Shown in pieces: positions 30,474-38,147 of a DNA stretch of 63,533 nucleotides. Position 1 is the first letter of the stretch, and every line of letters starts with the position of its first letter. This DNA comes from a virus. Its lineage: Duplodnaviria > Caudoviricetes. The stretch lies in the IMG/VR virus record IMGVR_UViG_3300010157_000065, positions 1 to 63,533 of that record; one strand, given 5' to 3'. A model generated the notes under the pieces. It ran no database searches, had not been told where the DNA came from, and worked only from the letters and a program-made list of their open reading frames with translations. Position numbers and translations under genes: made by a program.

Positions 30474-30896
30474 ATGAATACAACAGTAAAAAACACCAGT
30501 ACAAAAAAAGTAGCTACAAAATTGAGCGTTACTGAATTATTAAAAGCAACTACCGAAAAAATCGCAACCCCTAAAAAAACAAATTTAGAGAGACAAAACG
30601 ACCTTATAAATAAAGAGGACAAAACTACTTTTGACTGGGTAAAACTGGCAAATGTAACCGATAAAATAGAGGACAAAACTATTTCAAAGGTTTACAAAAA
30701 TTGTATAAAAAACGTTTATTTAAAAAATATAACGGGACTAACTAAAACACCTACTTTTGAGGACTTCAAAGCTAAAATGTCAGTAAAAGAAACTTATTCA
30801 AACTGGGACGGATACAAAGCACTGGCTAAATTTAACGTAAAAAATAACACAGCTGCAAAGGTGAAAAGACAAAACAAAAAAGAGGCTAAAAAATAG
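30474..30896 (+). CDS. First early gene, very basic 140-aa protein
   Basis: Lys/Thr-rich; follows the early promoter; precedes the structured RNA locus. Confidence 0.75.
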   Translation: MNTTVKNTSTKKVATKLSVTELLKATTEKIATPKKTNLERQNDLINKEDKTTFDWVKLANVTDKIEDKTISKVYKNCIKNVYLKNITGLTKTPTFEDFKAKMSVKETYSNWDGYKALAKFNVKNNTAAKVKRQNKKEAKK

Positions 30897-30906
30897 CCTT
30901 TAAATA

Positions 30907-30956
30907 GGTGTAAAAGACTTGGCTTTTTTATCGGGTTCAATTTGCCCGATACACCA
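30907..30956 (+). ncRNA. tRNA-like element 1 (acceptor, D-like and T arms; no anticodon arm)
   Basis: GGTGT/ACACC-A acceptor; AAAAG-ACTTGG-CTTTT arm; ATCGGG-TTCAATTTG-CCCGAT T-arm. Confidence 0.6.
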
Positions 30957-30959
30957 CTA

Positions 30960-31300
30960 ATAAATGTAAGGAATACACCAAAAACAAACGTTTTGAGGTC
31001 GTTAACTGGCGAAATGCGAGGACTTCAAAAAAGGCGAAACGCTATGTTTGTTATAACGTGCAAAAATTCTGGAAATATTTAGTAACCTTTAATATGAGGG
31101 ACTGGCAAAGGTCTTGCCTACTAAATTTGACACGGAATACAAGAAACAACTACACTGAACCGTCAAGGGTGTAAGGCTATAAAAGTAGTCAGGTTTGAAC
31201 TGCGAGGAAATTTATAGGGCTTTTTAAATACATTTAGAATGTATTATTTTAGTCAATACCATATTTGAAATATAGGGCAAAAAATAAAGATAATTATATA
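30960..31300 (+). ncRNA. Putative large structured non-coding RNA
   Basis: ORF-free with nested helices (see findings). Confidence 0.6.
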
Positions 31301-31304
31301 TTTT

Positions 31305-31337
31305 AGGCACACCTTATAAAATAGGTGTGCCTTTATT
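31305..31337 (+). terminator. Perfect 10-bp hairpin, terminator or processing stem
   Basis: AGGCACACCT-TATAAAAT-AGGTGTGCCT then TTATT. Confidence 0.65.
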
Positions 31338-31340
31338 ATA

Positions 31341-31406
31341 TGGTATGTTGCAAGGTGCAAAGGGCAAAATTATTTTGTCTTATGGGTTCGATTCCCATCA
31401 TACCAA
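31341..31406 (+). ncRNA. tRNA-like element 2 (non-canonical cloverleaf)
   Basis: 7-bp acceptor TGGTATG/CATACCA; canonical T-arm ATGGG-TTCGATT-CCCAT; mini D-arm TTGCA-AGG-TGCAA; 9-bp stem with 3-nt loop in place of an anticodon arm. Confidence 0.75.
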
Positions 31407-31454
31407 CAACTGCAATAGTGCAGCCAAACAATAAAATAATATAAAAAAAAGAAA

Positions 31455-31652
31455 ATGAAAAATTTAAGTCAATCAACTTGGGAGATGTGGTTTATTACAT
31501 CAGTAACGGTATTTTTAGCAATGTTTTTTATCGGGGCGTTGCCAGGCAGTGTGGTCTTCTTCCCTTTATTCTGGTGGATGTTCGGGCCTGTAATCCTTAA
31601 TTTAGTAGCGTGTATTTATGTTGGTCTTAATTCACAATCACATGAGGAATAA
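31455..31652 (+). CDS. Small two-TM membrane protein
   Basis: Two hydrophobic helices. Confidence 0.65.
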   Translation: MKNLSQSTWEMWFITSVTVFLAMFFIGALPGSVVFFPLFWWMFGPVILNLVACIYVGLNSQSHEE

Positions 31653-31809
31653 TAAAAGGTATACGGAAAGCAAGGCAAAATCGAGTGATGCCGTTAAACA
31701 AATGGAAGGGTTTTACTCTTGGATGCTAAAAATAAAGAGCATACACCTAGCCGACAACGAGAGGATGTCAAGGGCATACCAAAACATATATAATAATGCA
31801 GTAAAGTAA
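31642..31809 (+). CDS. Hypothetical early protein
   Basis: MRNNKRY...FYSWMLKIK; ATG at 31642. Confidence 0.55.
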   Translation: MRNNKRYTESKAKSSDAVKQMEGFYSWMLKIKSIHLADNERMSRAYQNIYNNAVK

Positions 31810-31826
31810 AATAATATAAAGAAAAC

Positions 31827-32054
31827 ATGAGAAAACGTATATCAATAAAAATAGACATTAACGCAATAGGCTTAGAGATAAAAAATAATCAAGACAGAAA
31901 AAGGTCTTTATTTAGAGAGGCTTTAAGAGACGTTTGTGAGAGAGATAATATTCGTATAGGCGAGGCAAAAAAGACGCTTAAAAGTGAGCTTAAATGGCAG
32001 TGTATTAAAAGAAGTATTAATATTTTACATACAGAAAACTATATTATTAATTAA
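31827..32054 (+). CDS. Hypothetical basic early protein
   Basis: 75 aa; segment DNIRIGEAKK resembles DNLKYGEAKR of 36146..36346. Confidence 0.6.
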   Translation: MRKRISIKIDINAIGLEIKNNQDRKRSLFREALRDVCERDNIRIGEAKKTLKSELKWQCIKRSINILHTENYIIN

Positions 32055-32060
32055 ATTTTG

Positions 32061-32161
32061 TATATTTGCAGTGAGCAATCCACTACTTGCTGCATACTTA
32101 TTTATAAAAACATATACAAACCCTTATTGAGTGTAGTGGCTCAGTAGGGGTTTTGTATTTT
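32061..32161 (+). promoter_or_regulatory. Promoter plus kissing-loop leader/attenuator A
   Basis: TATATTTG; hairpin loop TCCACTAC is complementary to loop TGTAGTGG of an 18-bp terminator-like hairpin. Confidence 0.7.
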
Positions 32162-32166
32162 AAATT

Positions 32167-32787
32167 ATGATAGGAATATACAAAATAATCAGCCCTAGTA
32201 ATAAAGTGTACATAGGTCAGTCCGTAAACATTAGAAAAAGATTTAATGCTTATAGATATGCTAAATGCAAAGGACAAATAAAACTATATAGATCATTCAT
32301 TAAATATGGCGTAGAAAAACATATTTTTGAAATTATAGAAGAATGTAATATTGAAGAACTAAATAAAAAAGAAAGATATTATCAAGATTTATATAATGCT
32401 ATTTGTCCCAAAAACGGATTAAATTGTTTATTGACCGCAACTGAAACTAAAAGTAAAGTTTTTAGTAAGGAAACTAGAGAAAAAATGTCAATATCAAGAA
32501 CAGGTAAAACTCAAAGTAAGGAAACTAGAGAAAAAGTATCTAAAGCAAATAAAGGTAAATTGTTTAGTAAAGAAACTAGAGAAAAATTATCTATAGCTGC
32601 AAAAGGAAGGATTAGGACAGAAGAACATTTAAAGAATAGATGTAAAATAATATTAGATACAAATAACGGAGTGTTTTACTTCGGATTAAAAGACGCATCT
32701 AAATATTCAGGAATAAATGAGCATACACTGAGAGCTAAATTAAATAATAGATTTGGACCAAACAATACCAGTTTAAGGTATGTATAA
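32167..32787 (+). CDS. GIY-YIG homing endonuclease with NUMOD3 repeats
   Basis: GIYKI...YIGQS, R, E, N catalytic pattern; three SKETREK(M/V/L)S repeats. Confidence 0.92.
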   Translation: MIGIYKIISPSNKVYIGQSVNIRKRFNAYRYAKCKGQIKLYRSFIKYGVEKHIFEIIEECNIEELNKKERYYQDLYNAICPKNGLNCLLTATETKSKVFSKETREKMSISRTGKTQSKETREKVSKANKGKLFSKETREKLSIAAKGRIRTEEHLKNRCKIILDTNNGVFYFGLKDASKYSGINEHTLRAKLNNRFGPNNTSLRYV

Positions 32788-32856
32788 TAAAATAATATAA
32801 ACAAGTAAAGTAAAATAATATAATCAAATAGGTTGTGCCTTACCACTAAATCAAAA

Positions 32857-33051
32857 ATGTATTCAAATTTAACAAAAGAGCAATTAATCGCACATTTAGA
32901 AGCAAAAGATGATATAATAGAACTTCAAGAAAGTACTATTGAAATGTATCTATCAGTAGTTGAATTAATAGAACATAAACTAAAAATGGTATTAGAATTA
33001 CAAGAAATTCAAGAAGACAAATTAAATAAAATAGAACAATCAATAAAATAA
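32857..33051 (+). CDS. Small coiled-coil protein
   Basis: MYSNLTKEQLI..., heptad pattern. Confidence 0.6.
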   Translation: MYSNLTKEQLIAHLEAKDDIIELQESTIEMYLSVVELIEHKLKMVLELQEIQEDKLNKIEQSIK

Positions 33052-33063
33052 TATAAAAAAAAG

Positions 33064-33831
33064 ATGAAAGCAAAAAACAAAACAACAGACGTACAAAGAT
33101 TAGTATTTAGAATGGTTACAGAAAATACAGGGATTCACTTCTTAGATAGTGGTTTCTCAAATGGTCGTATGTGGCAACGCAACGCAAAGAAAACAATACA
33201 AGACTTTATTAGAGAGCCTGAAGAGTCATACACCTTTGACAATACCTACGGCTACATAGAGCGGACCGTATCTGTATTTCATTACTTATGTGGTCTTGAA
33301 TTAGACGAGGTGTGCGAGAAATTCAATAGGAGAAACACTAATCCAGCCGATCACGATGGGAACACAGGAGTTCTAGAAGATACATACGGAGTTAGTGAAC
33401 GTGCAGGCAACTGGCTAAAAGATAACCACGAAGTAGAAGTAGAGTACACCTTTAATACATACAATGGAGATAGCGACCTATCACAGATATTGCAAGGCAG
33501 TATAATGGAAATTGATGGAGATACTTACTACTTAATTCAAGTACACGGAGGGGCAGATGCTCGTGGAGGTTACACTGATGCAAAGTTATTTAAAAGAAGT
33601 CATTATTCAGGAGGCATACACGAATACTTGCAAGAGTATAGAGATAGTAGTGAGATTATGGATGACTTAAATGATGGGTATTTAGATGAGGTGGTAGATG
33701 ATGGAGACAAAACCATTATATACACCTCACAACAAATATTAGATAGAATGCAAGAGATTAAAGATGAGGAACATAACAAAAAAGTTATGCAAGAACTTAT
33801 GGATGAATGTACAAAAATTAAAAACTCATAA
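33064..33831 (+). CDS. Conserved acidic early phage protein
   Basis: ENTGxHFLDSG..NGRxWQRN, NTYNGDSDLSQ, QVHGGADARGGYT motifs. Confidence 0.75.
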   Translation: MKAKNKTTDVQRLVFRMVTENTGIHFLDSGFSNGRMWQRNAKKTIQDFIREPEESYTFDNTYGYIERTVSVFHYLCGLELDEVCEKFNRRNTNPADHDGNTGVLEDTYGVSERAGNWLKDNHEVEVEYTFNTYNGDSDLSQILQGSIMEIDGDTYYLIQVHGGADARGGYTDAKLFKRSHYSGGIHEYLQEYRDSSEIMDDLNDGYLDEVVDDGDKTIIYTSQQILDRMQEIKDEEHNKKVMQELMDECTKIKNS

Positions 33832-33834
33832 CCT

Positions 33835-33975
33835 ATGAAAACAATTAAAGAAAGATTATCAAAAGAATTTGGATACATGCCGACAGACAGTGAAGTTATA
33901 AACCTTTACAGATGTGGCGAATTAATATTAACAGATAAAGAGGAAGACTCTATATTAGAACATTTAGACCTATGA
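33835..33975 (+). CDS. Hypothetical protein, 46 aa, not in ORF track
   Basis: MKTIKERLSKEFGYMP...; fills the gap with ATGA coupling. Confidence 0.55.
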   Translation: MKTIKERLSKEFGYMPTDSEVINLYRCGELILTDKEEDSILEHLDL

Positions 33976-34151
33976 AAACACAAGTAATTAAAAAAGAGGT
34001 GGTGTATACAATGCCGTACACCACCGAATCGGATATTAAAAAAGCCTCACAGAAAAGAGAAAGGCTTTACGAGAAATGGAATAACGTGCAAGTATATCCT
34101 AATGGAATGCACGAGGTAAGAATAGTTTGTTCACAATCACAAAACATATAA
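33972..34151 (+). CDS. Hypothetical protein, 59 aa, not in ORF track
   Basis: MKTQVIKKEVVYTMPY...CSQSQNI. Confidence 0.55.
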   Translation: MKTQVIKKEVVYTMPYTTESDIKKASQKRERLYEKWNNVQVYPNGMHEVRIVCSQSQNI

Positions 34152-34155
34152 AGCT

Positions 34156-34773
34156 ATGAGAACAGTTATAACAGAAGAAGTTATTTACTCTTGGGAAGAC
34201 GTAAAAAACAATGCGGAATTATTAGAGGTGGTCTTAGATAAAAATAGAGACATCAACATCGATCACGGTATGGAGTGGTGGGATATGGTATATGAAGACT
34301 GGACCGAGAAGTTGGAGGAGTTTGGCTACAGAAACATAGATATTTGTTTTAGTGGTTTCTATTCTCAAGGCGATGGAGCAAGTTTTACTGGCAATGTAGA
34401 TGTATTGGAATGGATTAAAACCAATGATAAAGAAGGGAAGTATAAACGTATTGCAAAGCTAATGAGTGATGGTATTATAGACATTAACGATGACAGAATA
34501 GTAAGAGATAGGTGGCACAGCTATGTACACGAGAATACAACTACATTTCACTTCTCAACCGACTACCAATACGGAGCTTGTCAAGACTACATAAATATAG
34601 AGATGATTTTAAACGATTTAGAGAGCGATATTTATCTGCACCACAAAAACCTTAATAGAGAGATTTATTCTTCTTTAGACGAGAGCTATAACTACCTACA
34701 AAGCGATCAAAGTGTATCAGATACATTAGAAGTAAGCGATTACGAATTTAACATTAACGGAGATATAGTATGA
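34156..34773 (+). CDS. Acidic early protein (FSGFxSQGDGA family)
   Basis: FSGFYSQGDGASF motif and C-terminal YEFxxxG. Confidence 0.7.
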   Translation: MRTVITEEVIYSWEDVKNNAELLEVVLDKNRDINIDHGMEWWDMVYEDWTEKLEEFGYRNIDICFSGFYSQGDGASFTGNVDVLEWIKTNDKEGKYKRIAKLMSDGIIDINDDRIVRDRWHSYVHENTTTFHFSTDYQYGACQDYINIEMILNDLESDIYLHHKNLNREIYSSLDESYNYLQSDQSVSDTLEVSDYEFNINGDIV

Positions 34774-35039
34774 TACACACAACGCAAGACTTTTATAATA
34801 AAGTCGCAACAAAATTAAGAGGAAAGTTTTTTAAAGAAGAGAATCACGGATGTACACAGAATCCTAACTACCACAAAACAAGCCACACTCTTGAGTTATT
34901 TAATAATGGTTGCTTAACATATAGGCAAATGATAGGAAGACTAGCAAAGAGTTGTAATCAATCCACTAAAAATATACATTCTATTGTAGAGAATTATGTG
35001 GTATCATTCGGAGAATATAAATATAAACCTAAAAAATAA
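34770..35039 (+). CDS. Hypothetical protein
   Basis: 89 aa, ATGA-coupled. Confidence 0.65.
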   Translation: MIHTTQDFYNKVATKLRGKFFKEENHGCTQNPNYHKTSHTLELFNNGCLTYRQMIGRLAKSCNQSTKNIHSIVENYVVSFGEYKYKPKK

Positions 35040-35046
35040 AGAATCT

Positions 35047-35220
35047 ATGAAAATAATAGTATTAGACTTTCAAACAGAAGAAGTTCTTATATTCAACTAC
35101 TCTCCTGATTTTGGAGATGCAGAAGAATATATGTACCAGCTTGAGCAAGACGGCAGTATTTCTAAAGTGAGTGATTGTCAGTGGATGGTAGTAAATGAAT
35201 TAAAATTACAAATAATATAA
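35047..35220 (+). CDS. Hypothetical protein
   Basis: IIVLDFxTxEV...SDCQWM. Confidence 0.6.
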   Translation: MKIIVLDFQTEEVLIFNYSPDFGDAEEYMYQLEQDGSISKVSDCQWMVVNELKLQII

Positions 35221-35241
35221 ACAATTAAAAATCAATTAGTT

Positions 35242-35601
35242 ATGGGGCGCTATTTTACAGGAATGATCGAAGGAAAGTTTTGGTTTGGAGTACAAAACAG
35301 TACAGCTGCTGATAGGTTTGGGGTATCATACACTGAGCCAAATTATGTAGAGTATTACTACAATACAGAAGACCTTGAAGGGGTTGAAAACGAGATAAAA
35401 GTTATTGAGGATAGTTTAGGAGATAAGATAGGGGTTATGGAGAAGTTTTTTAATAGTGTAAACGGTTACAATGACAAGCAGTTAGAAGAACTTGGAATAT
35501 CAAGAGACGACCTGAGCGAGTATGCCGATTTAAAGTTAGGTATAAAGATTAGAGATTGTATAAAAGAGAATGGAGAATGTACATTTGAAGCAGAGTTATA
35601 A
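35242..35601 (+). CDS. Conserved acidic phage protein
   Basis: MGRYFTGxIEGKFWFGVQxS..A.RFG; C-terminal CxFEAEL. Confidence 0.7.
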   Translation: MGRYFTGMIEGKFWFGVQNSTAADRFGVSYTEPNYVEYYYNTEDLEGVENEIKVIEDSLGDKIGVMEKFFNSVNGYNDKQLEELGISRDDLSEYADLKLGIKIRDCIKENGECTFEAEL

Positions 35602-35626
35602 ATATAATATAAAACAAGAAAAACCT

Positions 35627-36145
35627 ATGAAAACAAGAGTAGAATTGATTGAAGATTTTTTAGCTACGATTAAAGTAGAGAATTTAGACATCCCTTATTA
35701 TGTGGATGCAAGTGAGGTTAATAGCTTTGAAGAGATGTTTGAGACCATTGAAGATAACAGAGGGTTTGAGGTAGAGATAATCTACTACGCAAGTGCTATG
35801 GACTATCTAAGAGAAAACGATCCATCCCTTAGTGAAAGTATGGAGATTGCTGAGGAGTATGGTTACACCCCTAAAAAAATCAACAGCGAGTTATTAGCTA
35901 GTCTATTAGCCTCAAAAAATTGTCGTGATGAGTTTGAAGAGTATAGAAGTGAGATAGAAGACTTCTTTGAAGAGTTAGAAGATAACGAGGATTTATTCAG
36001 AGGGTATATGGAAGGGAAGGATTACGATGTGGATGATGTAGACAACTATATCATTGACGATTTTGATGATGACCTATCTATGGAAGAGAATGAAGAAAGA
36101 CTAATTGATTACATAAGAAAAAGTAAAGAAGGAGAGAAAGAATAA
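35627..36145 (+). CDS. Highly acidic protein, candidate Ocr-like DNA mimic
   Basis: Very D/E-rich; IIYYASAMDYL motif; early region. Confidence 0.5.
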   Translation: MKTRVELIEDFLATIKVENLDIPYYVDASEVNSFEEMFETIEDNRGFEVEIIYYASAMDYLRENDPSLSESMEIAEEYGYTPKKINSELLASLLASKNCRDEFEEYRSEIEDFFEELEDNEDLFRGYMEGKDYDVDDVDNYIIDDFDDDLSMEENEERLIDYIRKSKEGEKE

Positions 36146-36346
36146 ATGAGACCAAGAACAAATAGAGTTTGTATAGAATTAGTTAGTAATCTCCTTGAGG
36201 CTGAACACCAAGAGGAGATTAATGGTATTAGAAAGATACAAAAAGAAGATAACTTAAAGTATGGTGAAGCAAAGAGACTATACCAAATGAGGAGAAATCC
36301 AATAGCAATGCTAGAACACAAATTATTTAAAAATTCACAATCATAA
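36146..36346 (+). CDS. Hypothetical protein
   Basis: 66 aa, abuts the upstream stop. Confidence 0.6.
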   Translation: MRPRTNRVCIELVSNLLEAEHQEEINGIRKIQKEDNLKYGEAKRLYQMRRNPIAMLEHKLFKNSQS

Positions 36347-36350
36347 AACT

Positions 36351-36581
36351 ATGGAAAACAAAATGACAAAAGCAGCAGAAAAATTAAACGGATTAGAACT
36401 TAACCTAGATGATTTCTTCTGTATAAGTTTATGGGGAGAAAATGAAATATCGCTACACGCAAAGTTCTCTAATGAACTATTCGACAATTTAGATAGTAAA
36501 GGCTTCGACCTAGAATTTGACAAGTCAACTAAATTTTTTAGAGCGGAAAACGATGGAGTTAGAATAGTATTAGGTATGTAA
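36351..36581 (+). CDS. Hypothetical protein
   Basis: 76 aa in tight array. Confidence 0.65.
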   Translation: MENKMTKAAEKLNGLELNLDDFFCISLWGENEISLHAKFSNELFDNLDSKGFDLEFDKSTKFFRAENDGVRIVLGM

Positions 36582-36583
36582 CT

Positions 36584-36820
36584 ATGGGAGTAGTAAATAA
36601 AACAATACAGTACAAAGGAGTAGAGCTTGACATCGAGTTCTACTTCTCTCCTGCTGAACCTGAAGTTAGGTATTACGCAGATGGTAGTGGTTATCCTGGA
36701 TGCGGTGAAGAAATAGAGATTTATTCTATCGGACATCGTGGGGAAGATGTTACGGAATTACTAGAGGATAACTTCTCAGATATTGAGGAGAAATTAATTG
36801 AAGAAATACATAATGATTAA
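36584..36820 (+). CDS. Small acidic protein
   Basis: PAEPEVRYYADGSGYPG...DVTELL motif. Confidence 0.7.
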   Translation: MGVVNKTIQYKGVELDIEFYFSPAEPEVRYYADGSGYPGCGEEIEIYSIGHRGEDVTELLEDNFSDIEEKLIEEIHND

Positions 36821-37538
36821 TACTATGAAAAACATACACATATTACCAACAGATAAACCAAGTAGGGTTTATAAAAATTTACTTACTGATAAGTTATTTA
36901 TTTTAGAAAATTCATTTATGGATGTTTCTGAATGTAATAGAGAATATCAAAACATCTACATCACTAATTCAGAAGAAATTAATCAACAAACTGAACCTTG
37001 TTGGTGTATTAACACTATTAAAAATACTTGGGATGATGATTTGATTTATTATCAAGGTTCAATGCCACAGTATCATTATGTAGGATTTAAAAAAATCATC
37101 CTAACAACAGACCAAGACTTAATCAAAGATAATGTACAAGCTATTGATGATGAGTTTTTAAAATGGTTTGTTAAGAATCCAAGTTGTACGGGGGTTGAGG
37201 TAAGACAAATAGAAGATGAACTTATTTCTCCTAAAAATCCAAAAATAAGATTTAATGCTTTACAAGACCCTCCAAGTTTTATTTCAGCCAATTCTTTAAA
37301 TGATATGATTTTAACGTACAAATACAAAATCATCATCCAAAAAGAAAAACCTAAACAAGAAATACTTGAAAATAGTATTAAGTTATTAGTAAATAAATGG
37401 CAACAACAACAAATAAATTACGAGACTTTAGCAGAACATTATATTGATGACCAACACAACAATAGAAAATTCACTTACAAAGCAATGGCTACAAGAGATT
37501 ATTGGAAAGAACTATTAAAACTCATAGAAAATAAATAA
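36813..37538 (+). CDS. MKNIHILPTDKPS-family modular protein
   Basis: NIYIT..EEI, KKIILTTDQDLIKD.VQAIDDEFL.WFVKNPSC, YKIII.KE.PKQE blocks. Confidence 0.7.
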   Translation: MINTMKNIHILPTDKPSRVYKNLLTDKLFILENSFMDVSECNREYQNIYITNSEEINQQTEPCWCINTIKNTWDDDLIYYQGSMPQYHYVGFKKIILTTDQDLIKDNVQAIDDEFLKWFVKNPSCTGVEVRQIEDELISPKNPKIRFNALQDPPSFISANSLNDMILTYKYKIIIQKEKPKQEILENSIKLLVNKWQQQQINYETLAEHYIDDQHNNRKFTYKAMATRDYWKELLKLIENK

Positions 37539-37560
37539 AAAAATTTAAAAACAAATAAAA

Positions 37561-37905
37561 ATGAAAAAAATAACAAAATCAGTAATTAAGCTTTCAGAAT
37601 TACCAATAAGATTACAAAAAAATGAAATTTTCAAAGGTCATAAATTACATACTTATGCAGAGTTTCATATTGATGAATCAGAAAAAGATGAACTATCATT
37701 ATGGTTAATTGAAAATTATCCTACTATAAAAATGAAAATCAGTTTTTTAATTCATATCGATTCTGATGAAGAAATTGATTATCCAGTTGATAAAATAAAA
37801 CAACAATGTTATAATGAAGAAGATATGATTAATTTTCTAAAATCAGTTTTTGGTATGGAAGATTTTGATTATGAAAAAGCTCTTGAACAATTTAAAAAGA
37901 AATAA
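37561..37905 (+). CDS. Hypothetical protein with ...YNEEDM...EQFKKK tail
   Basis: C-terminal module shared with the next gene. Confidence 0.65.
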   Translation: MKKITKSVIKLSELPIRLQKNEIFKGHKLHTYAEFHIDESEKDELSLWLIENYPTIKMKISFLIHIDSDEEIDYPVDKIKQQCYNEEDMINFLKSVFGMEDFDYEKALEQFKKK

Positions 37906-37907
37906 AA

Positions 37908-38138
37908 ATGACAATAGAAAGAATAAAAGAAATTCAAAAAGAAACAGCATATCCAGATAGTATAAGTGTTCAACAAGCATTACTTCAAGTTTGGAATGAA
38001 TGCCAACAACAACAAAGTTATAGTGATTTAGATATTGAAAATATTATTGCTGAAACTTGGATAAAATGTGTAGGTAATGACGGCAATAATTTTAAAGAGA
38101 CCAGAGATAATATACTGAAACAATTTAAAAAGAAATAA
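37908..38138 (+). CDS. Hypothetical protein with ...YSDLDI...QFKKK tail
   Basis: RIKEIQ.ETAYPDS.SV.QALLQVWNE plus shared tail. Confidence 0.65.
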   Translation: MTIERIKEIQKETAYPDSISVQQALLQVWNECQQQQSYSDLDIENIIAETWIKCVGNDGNNFKETRDNILKQFKKK

Positions 38139-38147
38139 AGAAACAAT

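Noticed and set aside
31361-31381. TTA at the anticodon position, suggesting an ochre suppressor tRNA or stop-codon recoding
   Set aside because: Loop is sealed to 3 nt and lacks U33/purine-37; TAA is the main stop and long ORFs are intact under code 11
30907-31406. tmRNA, group I/II intron, hammerhead or HDV-like ribozyme
   Set aside because: No G3-U70 alanine acceptor or tag ORF, no recognisable catalytic cores (e.g. CTGANGA/GAAA), no interrupted exon
32450-32600. Repeated agtaaggaaactagagaaaaa DNA
   Set aside because: Explained by NUMOD3 protein repeats of the GIY-YIG endonuclease
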